This document shows positions 1 to 12,900 of a stretch of DNA of 64,000 nucleotides, piece after piece (within the stretch, counting starts at the first letter, position 1; every line of letters starts with the position of its first letter). The stretch covers positions 248,001 to 312,000 of the forward strand of contig JASTWF010000353.1 of NCBI GenBank assembly GCA_030390025.1, given 5' to 3'. The stretch comes from Squalus acanthias. Lineage: Eukaryota. Under the pieces are notes generated by a model. It saw only the letters and a program-made list of their open reading frames with translations, made no database searches and was not told where the DNA came from. The translations under genes and the position numbers were made by a program.

Positions 1-3000
1 ACTGTGAGATACTGGGACAGACTGTGAGATACTGGGACAGACTGTGAGATACTGGGACAGACTGTGAGATACTGGGACAGACTGTGAGATACTGGGACAG
101 ACTGTGAGGTACTGGGATAGACTTGGGGGACAGGGACAGACTGTGAGATACTGGGACAGACTGTGAGATACTGGGACAGACTGTGAGATACTGGGACAGA
201 CTGTGAGATACTGGGACAGACTGTGAGATACTGGGACAGACTGTGAGATACTGGGACAGACTGTGAGATACTGGGACAGACTGTGAGATACTGGGACAGA
301 CTGTGAGATACTGGGACAGACTGTGAGATACTGGGACAGACTGTGAGATACTGGGACAGACTGTGAGATACTGGGACAGACTGTGAGATACTGGGACAGA
401 CTGTGAGATACTGGGACAGACTGTGAGATACTGGGACAGACTGTGAGATACTGGGACAGACTGTGAGATACTGGGACAGACTGTGAGATACTGGGACAGA
501 CTGTGAGATACTGGGACAGACTGTGAGATACTGGGACAGACTGTGAGATACTGGGACAGACTGTGAGATACTGGGACAGACTGTGAGATACTGGGACAGA
601 CTGTGAGATACTGGGACAGACTGTGAGATACTGGGACAGACTGTGAGATACTGGGACAGACTGTGAGATACTGGGACAGACTGTGAGATACTGGGACAGA
701 CTGTGAGATACTGGGACAGACTGTGAGATACTGGGACAGACTGTGAGATACTGGGACAGACTGTGAGATACTGGGACAGACTGTGAGATACTGGGACAGA
801 CTGTGAGGTACTGGGACAGACTGTGAGATACTGGGACAGACTGTGAGATACTGGGACAGACTGTGAGGTACTGGGACAGACTGTGAGATACTGGGACAGA
901 CTGTGAGATACTGGGACAGACTGTGAGATACTGGGACAGACTGTGAGATACTGGGACAGACTGTGAGATACTGGGACAGACTGTGAGATACTGGGACAGA
1001 CTGTGAGATACTGGGACAGACTGTGAGATACTGGGACAGACTGTGAGATACTGGGACAGACTGTGAGATACTGGGACAGACTGTGAGATACTGGGACAGA
1101 CTGTGAGATACTGGGACAGACTGTGAGATACTGGGACAGACTGTGAGATACTGGGACAGACTGTGAGATACTGGGACAGACTGTGAGATACTGGGACAGA
1201 CTGTGAGATACTGGGACAGACTGTGAGATACTGGGACAGACTGTGAGATACTGGGACAGACTGTGAGATACTGGGACAGACTGTGAGATACTGGGACAGA
1301 CTGTGAGATACTGGGACAGACTGTGAGATACTGGGACAGACTGTGAGATACTGGGACAGACTGTGAGATACTGGGACAGACTGTGAGATACTGGGACAGA
1401 CTGTGAGATACTGGGACAGACTGTGAGATACTGGGACAGACTGTGAGATACTGGGACAGACTGTGAGATACTGGGACAGACTGTGAGATACTGGGACAGA
1501 CTGTGAGATACTGGGACAGACTGTGAGATACTGGGACAGACTGTGAGATACTGGGACAGACTGTGAGATACTGGGACAGACTGTGAGATACTGGGACAGA
1601 CTGTGAGATACTGGGACAGACTGTGAGATACTGGGACAGACTGTGAGATACTGGGACAGACTGTGAGATACTGGGACAGACTGTGAGATACTGGGACAGA
1701 CAGTGAGATACTGGGGACAGACTGTGAGGTACTGGGACAGACTGTGAGGTACTGGGACAGACTGTGAGATACTGGGACAGACTGTGAGATAGTGGGACAG
1801 ACTGTGAGATACTGGGACAGACTGTGAGGTATTGGGACAGACGGTGAGATACTGGGACAGACTGTGAGACACTGGGACAGACTGTGAGGTACTGGGATAG
1901 ACTTGGGGGACAGGGACAGACTGTGAGATACTGGGACAGACTGTGAGATACTGGGGACAGACTGTGAGATACTGGGACAGACTGTGAGATACTGGGACAG
2001 ACTGTGAGATACTGGGACAGACTGTGAGATACTGGGACAGACTGTGAGATACTGGGACAGACTGTGAGATACTGGGACAGACTGTGAGATACTGGGACAG
2101 ACTGTGAGATACTGGGACAGACTGTGAGATACTGGGACAGACTGTGAGATACTGGGACAGACTGTGAGATACTGGGACAGACTGTGAGATACTGGGACAG
2201 ACTGTGAGATACTGGGACAGACTGTGAGATACTGGGACAGACTGTGAGATACTGGGACAGACTGTGAGATACTGGGACAGACTGTGAGATACTGGGACAG
2301 ACTGTGAGATACTGGGACAGACTGTGAGATACTGGGACAGACTGTGAGATACTGGGACAGACTGTGAGATACTGGGACAGACTGTGAGATACTGGGACAG
2401 ACTGTGAGATACTGGGACAGACTGTGAGATACTGGGACAGACTGTGAGATACTGGGACAGACTGTGAGATACTGGGACAGACTGTGAGATACTGGGACAG
2501 ACTGTGAGATACTGGGACAGACTGTGAGATACTGGGACAGACTGTGAGATACTGGGACAGACTGTGAGATACTGGGACAGACTGTGAGATACTGGGACAG
2601 ACTGTGAGATACTGGGACAGACTGTGAGATACTGGGACAGACTGTGAGATACTGGGACAGACTGTGAGATACTGGGACAGACTGTGAGATACTGGGACAG
2701 ACTGTGAGATACTGGGACAGACTGTGAGATACTGGGACAGACTGTGAGATACTGGGACAGACTGTGAGATACTGGGACAGACTGTGAGATACTGGGACAG
2801 ACTGTGAGATACTGGGACAGACTGTGAGATACTGGGACAGACTGTGAGATACTGGGACAGACTGTGAGATACTGGGACAGACTGTGAGATACTGGGACAG
2901 ACTGTGAGATACTGGGACAGACTGTGAGATACTGGGACAGACTGTGAGATACTGGGACAGACTGTGAGATACTGGGACAGACTGTGAGATACTGGGACAG

Positions 3001-6000
3001 ACTGTGAGATACTGGGACAGACTGTGAGATACTGGGACAGACTGTGAGATACTGGGACAGACTGTGAGATACTGGGACAGACTGTGAGATACTGGGACAG
3101 ACTGTGAGATACTGGGACAGACTGTGAGATACTGGGACAGACTGTGAGATACTGGGACAGACTGTGAGATACTGGGACAGACTGTGAGATACTGGGACAG
3201 ACTGTGAGATACTGGGACAGACTGTGAGATACTGGGACAGACTGTGAGATACTGGGACAGACTGTGAGATACTGGGACAGACTGTGAGATACTGGGACAG
3301 ACTGTGAGATACTGGGACAGACTGTGAGATACTGGGACAGACTGTGAGATACTGGGACAGACTGTGAGATACTGGGACAGACTGTGAGATACTGGGACAG
3401 ACTGTGAGATACTGGGACAGACTGTGAGATACTGGGACAGACTGTGAGATACTGGGACAGACTGTGAGATACTGGGACAGACTGTGAGATACTGGGACAG
3501 ACTGTGAGATACTGGGACAGACTGTGAGATACTGGGACAGACTGTGAGATACTGGGACAGACTGTGAGATACTGGGACAGACTGTGAGATACTGGGACAG
3601 ACTGTGAGATACTGGGACAGACTGTGAGATACTGGGACAGACTGTGAGATACTGGGACAGACTGTGAGATACTGGGACAGACTGTGAGATACTGGGACAG
3701 ACTGTGAGATACTGGGACAGACTGTGAGATACTGGGACAGACTGTGAGATACTGGGACAGACTGTGAGATACTGGGACAGACTGTGAGATACTGGGACAG
3801 ACTGTGAGATACTGGGACAGACTGTGAGATACTGGGACAGACTGTGAGATACTGGGACAGACTGTGAGATACTGGGACAGACTGTGAGATACTGGGACAG
3901 ACTGTGAGATACTGGGACAGACTGTGAGATACTGGGACAGACTGTGAGATACTGGGACAGACTGTGAGATACTGGGACAGACTGTGAGATACTGGGACAG
4001 ACTGTGAGATACTGGGACAGAATGTGAGATACTGGGACAGACTGTGAGATACTGGGACAGACTGTGAGATACTGGGACAGACTGTGAGATACTGGGACAG
4101 ACTGTGAGATACTGGGACAGACTGTGAGATACTGGGACAGAATGTGAGATACTGGGACAGACTGTGAGATACTGGGACAGACTGTGAGGTACTGGGACAG
4201 ACTGTGAGATACTGGGACAGACTGTGAGATACTGGGACAGACTGTGAGATAGTGGGACAGACTGTGAGATACTGGGACAGACTGTGAGATACTGGGACAG
4301 ACTGTGAGATACTGGGACAGACTGTGAGATACTGGGACAGACTGTGAGATACTGGGACAGACTGTGAGATACAGGGACAGACTGTGAGATACTGGGACAG
4401 ACTGTGAGATACTGGGACAGACTGTGAGATACTGGGACAGACTGTGAGATACTGGGACAGACTGTGAGATACTGGGACAGACTGTGAGATACTGGGACAG
4501 ACTGTGAGATACTGGGACAGACTGTGAGATACTGGGACAGACTGTGAGATACTGGGACAGACTGTGAGATACTGGGACAGACTGTGAGATACTGGGACAG
4601 ACTGTGAGATACTGGGACAGACTGTGAGATACTGGGACAGACTGTGAGATACTGGGACAGACTGTGAGATACTGGGACAGACTGTGAGATACTGGGGACA
4701 GACTGTGAGATACTGGGACAGACTGTGAGATACTGGGACAGACTGTGAGATACTGGGACAGACTGTGAGATACTGGGACAGACTGTGAGATACTGGGACA
4801 GACTGTGAGATACTGGGACAGACTGTGAGATACTGGGACAGACTGTGAGATACTGGGACAGACTGTGAGATACTGGGACAGACTGTGAGATACTGGGACA
4901 GACTGTGAGATACTGGGACAGACTGTGAGATACTGGGACAGACTGTGAGATACTGGGACAGACTGTGAGATACTGGGACAGACTGTGAGATACTGGAGAC
5001 AGACTGTGAGATACTGGGACAGACTGTGAGATACTGGGACAGACTGTGAGATACTGGGACAGACTGTGAGATACTGGGACAGACTGTGAGATACTGGGAC
5101 AGACTGTGAGATACTGGGACAGACTGTGAGATACTGGGACAGACTGTGAGATACTGGGACAGACTGTGAGATACTGGGACAGACTGTGAGGGACTGGGAC
5201 ATACTGTGAGCAACTGGGAAAGAATGTGAGATACTGGGGACAGACTGTGAGATACTGGGACAGACTGTGAGGGACTGGGACAGACTGTGAGATACTGGGG
5301 ACAGACTGTGAGATTCTGGGACAGACTGTGAGGGACTGGGACAGACTGTGAGATACTGGGACAGACTGTGAGGTACTGGGACAGACTGTGAAATACTGGG
5401 ACAGACTGTGAGATACTGGGACAGACTGTGAGATACTGGGACAGACTGTGAAATACTGGGACAGACTGTGAGATACTGGGACAGACTGTGAGATACTGGG
5501 ACAGACTGTGAGATACTGGGACAGACTGTGAGGTACTGGGACAGACTGTGAGATACTGGGGACAGACTGTGAGGTACTGGGACAGACTGTGAGATACTGG
5601 GGACAGACTGTGAATACTGGGACAGACTGTGAGATACTGGGACAGACTGTGAGATACTGGGACAGACTGTGAGATACTGGGACAGACTGTGAGATACTGG
5701 GACAGACTGTGAGATACTGGGACAGACTGTGAGATACTGGGACAGACTGTGAGATACTGGGACAGACTGTGAGATACTGGGACAGACTGTGAGATACTGG
5801 GACAGACTGTGAGATACTGGGACAGACTGTGAGATACTGGGACAGACTGTGAGATACTGGGACAGACTGTGAGATACTGGGACAGACTGTGAGATACTGG
5901 GACAGACTGTGAGATACTGGGACAGACTGTGAGATACTGGGACAGACTGTGAGATACTGGGACAGACTGTGAGATACTGGGACAGACTGTGAGATACTGG

Positions 6001-7058
6001 GACAGACTGTGAGATACTGGGACAGACTGTGAGATACTGGGACAGACTGTGAGATACTGGGACAGACTGTGAGATACTGGGACAGAATGTGAGATACTGG
6101 GACAGACTGTGAGATAGTGGGACAGAATGTGAGATACTGGGACAGACAGTGAGATACTGGGGACAGACTGTGAGGTACTGGGACAGACTGTGAGGTACTG
6201 GGACAGACTGTGAGATACTGGGACAGACTGTGAGATAGTGGGACAGACTGTGAGATACTGGGACAGACTGTGAGGTATTGGGACAGACGGTGAGATACTG
6301 GGACAGACTGTGAGACACTGGGACAGACTGTGAGGTACTGGGATAGACTTGGGGGACAGGGACAGACTGTGAGATACTGGGACAGACTGTGAGATACTGG
6401 GACAGACTGTGAGGGACTGGGACAGACTGTGAGATACTGGGACAGTCTGTGAGATACTGGGACAGACTGTGAGATACTGGGACAGACTTTGAGATACTGG
6501 GGCAGACTCTGAGATACTGGGACAGACTGTGAGATACTGGGACAGACTGTGAGATACTGGGACAGACTGTGAGATACTGGGACAGACTGTGAGATACTGG
6601 GACAGACTGTGAGATACTGGGACAGACTGTGAGATACTGGGACAGACTGTGAGATTCTGGGACAGACTGTGAGATACTGGGGACAGACTGTGAGATACTG
6701 GGACAGACTGTGAGGTACTGGGACAGACTGTGAGATACTGGGACAGACTGTGAGATACTGGGACAGACTGTGAGGGACTGGGACAGACTGTGAGATACTG
6801 GGACAGACTGTGAGATACTGGGACAGACTGTGAGATACTGGGACAGACTGTGAGATACTGGGACAGACTGTGAGATACTGGGACAGACTGTGAGATACTG
6901 GGACAGACTGTGAGATACTGGGACAGACTGTGAGATACTGGGACAGACTGTGAGATACTGGGAACAGACTGTGAGATTCTGGGACAGACTGTGAGATACT
7001 GGGACAGACTGTTAAATACTGGGACAGACTGTGAGATACTGGAGACAGACTGTGAGGT
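1..7058. repeat. 20-bp tandem repeat (satellite/minisatellite), consensus ACTGTGAGATACTGGGACAG, ~350 copies, runs off the window start
   Basis: The 20-bp period is directly visible. Variants are sparse (GAGGT, GGGG, AATGT). The array ends at ...gagacagactgtgaggt near 7058. Confidence 0.99.
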
Positions 7059-7201
7059 GTTGATGGGAGCTTTGTGTAAGGCCGCTCTGACCCCTATTAT
7101 TGGGATGTGGGTTGATAGGTCATGTTTGGTTTAGCTGCGGGAACATCAACCAGTCTGTTTCACTGCTAACCACTGCCTCTGATTTTAATCATTTTCTTTA
7201 G

Positions 7202-7929
7202 ATCGAGGACAGAGTTTAAATGAGAAACAGCAGCTGTTAAAGAGGCCATGCTCGCCATCACGCTCTGTGGCTTGTGTTCCAGGTTGCCAGCTTCCCGCCG
7301 AGCCTGACTCCCAGCTCTTCAACCAACACACTCCGCTTTCAATCGGTGGCTTTGCCCTTTATCAAGCAGGAGAGTTTCTGGTTACCTCCCGTGTCTCCAG
7401 CAGCTCGGCGTCAATGATCTCGACACCTCCAGTTACAGCGCAAACCCCAACTCTTTCCACAACCTCTGTCCTTACCTGGGCACTGCCAGTCTCCGAGTCT
7501 TCAGCTGTCTCCCTCTGCTCACAGATCCCTGTCTGGTCATTTCCTCAAATTGCAGCTACATCTCAGCTCCAGGACCTCTCGATAGCCAAGAGTGGTGTGA
7601 ATGAGGTAACCAGCTCACACAACTCCACTGCTTGTGTGTTGCCAGTCGTTTCTTGGGCTGCAGTCCCAGAACAATCAAACAGTGAGGCCTTTCCTGATTT
7701 CCAAACCTTGTCTGCCTCTTATATTGCAAACTCCAAATTTCCAGGAATTCCACGCTCAGTAACTAATACAAGTCCTGTCGGCCTGTCATCTGGTACCTGT
7801 ATATCTCCAACTGCTGGCAAAGTCAGGCCAATCTCTGTGGAAGCAGAAAGAAGGCCCAGTGAAGCAATCCCAGACCAGGTCCTACAATCAACAGCAGCTG
7901 TTCCGAGGCAGGCTTCACAGGAGATGGAG
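7202..7929 (+). CDS. Probable internal coding exon (728 bp) of an unidentified host gene; Ser/Pro/Thr-rich, probably disordered (RGQSLNEKQQLLKRPCSPSRSVACVPG...QASQEME)
   Basis: Branch-point-like CTAAC (7166-7170), pyrimidine tract and AG acceptor (attttctttag, ending 7201). In-frame TAA at 7186-7188 just upstream of the acceptor. 242 stop-free codons at 7204-7929, then a consensus donor GAG|GTGAGT at 7930. No recognisable domain. Confidence 0.6.
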
Positions 7930-7962
7930 GTGAGTCCACCCATGGTGTTCACCAAGAGTGCA

Positions 7963-8130
7963 GTCAGCTGGGGCTCAGTGCTTGCACATCACCTCTGAGT
8001 CAGAAGGTTGTGGCTTTAACATAATCCAGGCTAACATTCCAGTGCAGTACTGAAGGAGTACTGCACTGTCGTAGGGGCCGTCTTTAGGATGAGACGTTAA
8101 ACCGAGGCCCCGTCTGCTGTCTCAAGTGGA
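7963..8130 (+). mobile_element. tRNA-derived SINE, 5' part (Deu-domain SINE, SacSINE1/AmnSINE1-like)
   Basis: Degenerate tRNA-like head (gggctcagtg...cctctgagtcagaaggttgtgg) followed by the Deu-domain sequence cagtgcagtactgaaggag...gccgtctttaggatgagacgttaaaccgaggccccgtctg. Recognised from recall of the family consensus. Confidence 0.8.
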
Positions 8131-8366
8131 ATAGTACAGCACAGAAGGAGGCCATTCGCCCCATCGAGTCTGTGCCGGCTCTTTCGAAGAGCAATCCAGT
8201 CAGTCCCACTCCCCCGCTCTTTCCCCATATCCCTGCTAGTTTTTCTCCTTCAAGTATTTATCCAATTCCTTTTTGAAAGTTCAAACAGTGAATTCCAGAT
8301 CACAACAACTCACTGTGTAAAAAACTTCACCTCATCTCCCCCCGGGTTCTTTTGCTAATTACCTTA
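8131..8366 (-). mobile_element. CR1-type LINE 3' end fragment (internally deleted) inserted in the SINE
   Basis: tacagcacagaaggaggccattcgccccatcgagtctgtgccggctc...ttcaagtatttatccaattcc is the reverse complement of a CR1-like 3' UTR (GAATGGCCTCCTTCTGTGCTGTA). It interrupts the SINE. Confidence 0.7.
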
Positions 8367-8410
8367 AACCAACATCACTAAAACAGATTACTGCTCATTA
8401 TCTCATTGCT
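8367..8410 (+). mobile_element. Middle fragment of the same Deu SINE
   Basis: aaccaacatcactaaaacagattactgctcattatctcattgct continues the recalled SINE consensus between the two LINE insertions. Confidence 0.7.
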
Positions 8411-9188
8411 TTTTTTTCGTTCATGGGATCTGGGCATCACTGGCAAGGCCAGCATTTATTGCCCATCCCTAGTTGCCCTTGAGAAGGTGGTGGTGAGCCG
8501 CCTTCTTGAACCGCTGCAGTCCGTGTGGTGAAGGTACTCTCACAGTGCTGTTCGGGAGGGAGTTCCAGGATTTTGACCCAGCGACGATGAAGGATCGGCA
8601 GATATATTTCCAAGTCAGGATGGTGTGTGACTTGGAGGGGAACTTGGAGGTGATGGTGTTCCCATGCGCCTGCTGCCCTTGTCCTTCTAGGTGGAAGAGG
8701 TTGTGGGTTTGGGAGGTGCTGCCGAAGAAGCCTTGGCGAGTTGCTGCAGTGCATCTTGTAGATGGTACACACTGCAGCCACGGTACGTCGGTGGTGTAAG
8801 GAATGAATGTTTAAGGTGGTGGATGGGGTGCCAATCAAGCGGGCTGCTTTGTCCTGGATGGTGTCGAGCTTCTTGAGTGTTGTTGGAGCTGCACTCATCC
8901 AGGCAAGTGGAGAGTATTCCATCACACTCCTGACTTGTGCCTTGTAGATGGTGGAAAGGCTTTGGGGAGTCAGGAGGTGAGACACTCGTCGCAGAATACC
9001 CAGCCTCTGACCTGCTCTTGTTGCCACAGTATTTATGTAGCTGGTCCAGTTAGGTTTCTGGTCAATGGTGACCCCCCAGGATATTGATGGTGGGGGATTC
9101 AGCGATGGTAATGCTGTTGAATGTCAAGGGCCGGTGGTTAGACGCTTGCTTGTTGGAGATAGTTGGAGATAGTTATTGCCTGGCACTT
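8411..9188 (-). mobile_element. 5'-truncated non-LTR retrotransposon (CR1/L2-group LINE): end of RT, ORF2 C-terminus and A-tail
   Basis: The minus strand encodes KCQAITISN..LTFNSITIAESPTINILGVTIDQ..W..YINTVATRAGQRLGILRR..LSTIYKAQVRSVMEY..W..LDTIQDKAARLI, typical of post-RT LINE ORF2. The 3' end is GGGCAATAAATGCTGGCCTTGCCAG...ATGAACG(A)n. Lesions: 10-bp duplication (gttggagata x2, ~9152-9171) and an extra base in the C6 run at 9072-9077. Confidence 0.9.
8437..9027 (-). pseudogene. LINE ORF2 C-terminal remnant (196-aa ORF in the supplied track)
   Basis: Motifs YKAQVRSVMEY and LDTIQDKAARLI. No real start codon; the upstream frame is shifted and truncated. Confidence 0.85.
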
Positions 9189-9290
9189 GTTCGTGGGATC
9201 TGGCTGTGTGCAAATTGGCTGCTGCGTTTCCTACATTACAACAGTGACTGCACTTCAAAAAGTACTTCATTGGCTGTAAAACGCTTCGGG
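9189..9290 (+). mobile_element. 3' fragment of the same Deu SINE
   Basis: gttcgtgggatctggctgtgtgcaaattggctgctgcgtttcctacattacaacagtgactgcacttcaaaaagtacttcattggctgtaaaacgctt resumes the SINE where it stopped at 8410. Confidence 0.8.
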
Positions 9291-9302
9291 CCGTGCTCCC
9301 AA

Positions 9303-9406
9303 CAGCCCCTCCCAAAGACCCCCTCCCCCAGCCCCTCCCAAAGACCCCCTCCCCCAGCCCCTCCCAAAGACCCCCTCCCCCAGCCCCTCCCAAAGACCCC
9401 CTCCCC
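9303..9406. repeat. 26-bp C-rich minisatellite, 4 copies (CAGCCCCTCCCAAAGACCCCCTCCCC); G-quadruplex potential on the minus strand
   Basis: Units start at 9303, 9329, 9355 and 9381. The minus-strand unit has four runs of 3 or more G. Confidence 0.95.
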
Positions 9407-9408
9407 TC

Positions 9409-9733
9409 TGTAATGAGAAAGGGCTAATCAATAATCTTGTGGTGAAGGGGCCTTTAGGGACAAGTGACCATAATATGACTGAATTTTACATTAAGTTTGA
9501 GAGTGATGTAGTCCAATCTAAGGTCTTCAATCTAAACAGAGGAAACTACAAGGGTATGAGAGACAAGTTGGCCATGGTAGATTGGGAGACTACACTAAAA
9601 GGTATGAAGGTGGACATACAATGGCTAACATTCAAGGAAATAATGCATAATTTGCAACAAACATATATTCCTCTTGGGCATAAAAACCCCAAAGGAAAAG
9701 TGATCCAACCATGGCTAACAAAATAAATTAAAC
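9409..9733 (+). mobile_element. CR1 LINE ORF2 fragment: end of the APE endonuclease domain and linker, cut by the gap
   Basis: Reads CNEKGLINNLVVKGPLGTSDHNMTEF..FNLNRGNYKGMR..VDWE..QW..FK..QQTYIP...PWLTK*. LGxSDH is the terminal APE motif. TAA at 9724-9726 is probably a nonsense mutation. Confidence 0.9.
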
Positions 9734-9933
9734 NNNNNNNNNNNNNNNNNNNNNNNNNNNNNNNNNNNNNNNNNNNNNNNNNNNNNNNNNNNNNNNNNNN
9801 NNNNNNNNNNNNNNNNNNNNNNNNNNNNNNNNNNNNNNNNNNNNNNNNNNNNNNNNNNNNNNNNNNNNNNNNNNNNNNNNNNNNNNNNNNNNNNNNNNNN
9901 NNNNNNNNNNNNNNNNNNNNNNNNNNNNNNNNN
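9734..9933. other. Assembly gap (200 N)
   Basis: A run of exactly 200 N; the round size suggests a scaffolding placeholder. Confidence 1.
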
Positions 9934-12900
9934 AGACTCTAACGCAGTGTGTAATATATGTTACAGACTCTAACGCAGTGTGTAATCTATGTTACAGACT
10001 CTAACGCATGGAGTAATATATGTTAAAGACTCTAACGCAGTGTGTAATCTATGTTACAGACTCTAACGCAGTGTGTAATCTATGTTACAGACACTAACGC
10101 AGTGTGTAATCTCTGTTACAGACTCTAACGCAGTGTGTAATCTATGTTACAGACACTAACGCAGTGTGTAATCTCTGTTACAGACATTAATGCAGTGTGT
10201 AATCTATGTTACAGACACTAACGCAGTGTGTAATATGTATACAGACTCTAATGCTGTGTGTAATCTATGTTACAGACTCTAACGCAGTGTGTAATATATG
10301 TTACAGACTCAACGCAGTGTGTAATCTATGTTACAGACACTAACGCAGTGTGTAATCTATGTTACAGACTCTAACGCAGTGTGTAATCTATGTTACAGAC
10401 TCTAACGCAGTGTGTAATCTATGTTACAGACTCTAACGCAGTGTGTAATTTATGTTACAGACTCTAACGCAGTGTGTAATCTATGTTACAGACTCTAATG
10501 CAGTGTGTAATCTATGTTACAGACTCTAACGCAGTGTGTAATCTATGTTACAGACTCTAACGCAGTGTGTAATCTATGTTACAGACTCTAACGCAGTGTG
10601 TAATAATGTTACAGACTCTAACGCAGTGTGTAATCTATGTTACAGACTCTAACGCAGTGTGTAATCTATGTTACAGACTCTATCGCAGTGTGTAATCTAT
10701 GTTCCAGACTCTAACGCAGTGTGTAATCTATGTTACAGACTCTAACGCAGTTGTGTAATCTGTGTTACAGACTCTAACGCAGTGTGTAATCTATGTTACA
10801 GACTCTAACGCAGTGTAATCTATGTTACAGACTCTAACGCAGTGTGTAATCTGTGTTACAGACTCTAACGCAGTGTGTAATCTATGTTACAGACTAACGC
10901 AGTGTGTAAATCTATGTTACAGACTCTAACGCAGTGTGTAATCTATGTTACAGACTCTAACGCAGTGTGTAATCTATGTTACAGACTCTAACGCAGTGTG
11001 TAATCTTTTTACAGACTCTAACGCAGTGTGTAATCTATGTACAGACTGTAACGCAGTGTGTAATTTCCATTACAGACTCTAACAGTGTGTAATCTATGTT
11101 ACAGACTCTAACGCAGTGTGTAATCTATGTAACAGACCTCTAACGCAGTGTGTAATATACAAAGCAGGCAGATGCGAACGCAGTGTGTAATCTATGAACA
11201 GACTCTAACGCCGTGTGTAATCTATGTTACAGACTCTAACGCAGTGTGTAATCTATGTTACAGACTCTAACGCAGTGTGTAATATATGTTACAGACTCTA
11301 ATGCGTGTGTAATATATGTTACAGACTCTAACGCAGTGTGTAATCTTGTTACAGACTCTAACGCTGTGTGTAATCTGTTACAGACTCTAACGCAGTGTGT
11401 AATCTATTTACAGACTCTAATGCAGTGTGTAATCTATGTTACAGACTCTAACGCAGTGTGTAATCTGTGTTACAGACTCTAACGCAGTGTGTAATCTATG
11501 TTACAGACACTAACGCAGTGTGTAATCTATGTTACAGACTCTAACGCAGTGTGTAATATATGTTACAGACTCTAACGCATGTGTAATCTATGTTACAGAC
11601 ACTAAGGCAGTGTGTAATATATGTTACAGACTCTAACGCAGTGTGTAATATATGTTACAGACTCTAATGCAGTGTGTAATATCTATGTTACAGACTCTAA
11701 CGCAGTGTGTAATCTATGTTACAGACTCTAACGCAGTGTGTAATCTATGTTACAGACTCTAACGCAGTGTGTAATTTATGTTACAGACTCTAACGCAGTG
11801 TGTAATAAATGTTACAGACTCTAACGCAGTGTGTAATATATGTTACAGACTCTAACGCAGTGTGTAATTTACGTTTTACAGACTCTAACGCAGTGTAAAT
11901 CTATGTTACAGACTCTAAACGCAGTGTGTAATCTATGTTACAGACTCTAAACGCAGTGTGTAATATGTGATACAGACTCTAACGCAGTGTGTAATCTATG
12001 TTACAGACTCTAACGCAGTGTGTAATATATGTTACAGACTCTACGCAGTGTGTAATCTATGTTACAGACTCTAACGCAGTGTGTAATATACGTTACAGAC
12101 TCTAACGCAGTGTGTAATCTATGTTACAGACTCTAACGCAGTGTGTAATCTATGTTACAGACTCTAACGCAGTGTGTAATGTATGTTACAGACTCTAACG
12201 CAGTGTGTAATTTATGTTACAGACTCTAACGCAGTGTGTAATCTATGTTACAGACTCTAACGCAGTGTGTAATGTATGTTACAGACTCTAACGCAGTGTG
12301 TAATCTATGTTACAGACTCTAACACAGTGTGTAATTATGTTAAGACTCTAACGCAGTGTGTAATATATGTTAAAGACTCTAACGCAGTGTGTAATCTATG
12401 TTACAGACTCTAACGCAGTGTGTAATCTATGTTACAGACTCTAACGCAGTGTGTAATCTATGTTACAGACTCTAACGCAGTGTGTAATCTATGTTACAGA
12501 CTCTAACGCAGTGTGTAAATATGTTACAGACTCTAACGCAGTGTGTAATCTATGTTACAGACTCTAACGCAGTGTGTAATTTATGTTACAGACTCTAACG
12601 CAGTGTAATTTATGTTACAGACTCTAACGCAGTGTGTGAAATTATGTTACAGACTCTAACGCAGTGTGTAATATATGTTACAGACTCTAACGCAGTGTGT
12701 AATCTATGTTACAGACTCTAACGCAGTGTGTAATCATGTTACAGACTCTAACGCAGTGTGTAATCTATGTACAGACTCTAACGCAGTGTGTAATCTATGT
12801 TACAGACTCTAACGCAGTGTGTAATCTATGTTACAGACTCTAACGCAGTGTGTACATCTATGTTACAGACTCTAACGCAGTGTGTAATCTATGTTACAGA

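Noticed and set aside
7963..8020. tRNA gene
   Set aside because: Degenerate tRNA-derived SINE head with a damaged B box and no cloverleaf.
7556..9413. Overlapping small ORFs (7556-, 7719-, 8506+, 8691+, 9084+, 9124-)
   Set aside because: Antisense or alternate-frame shadows of the exon, LINE and minisatellite; the Pro-rich and Gly-rich parts come from the 26-bp repeat.
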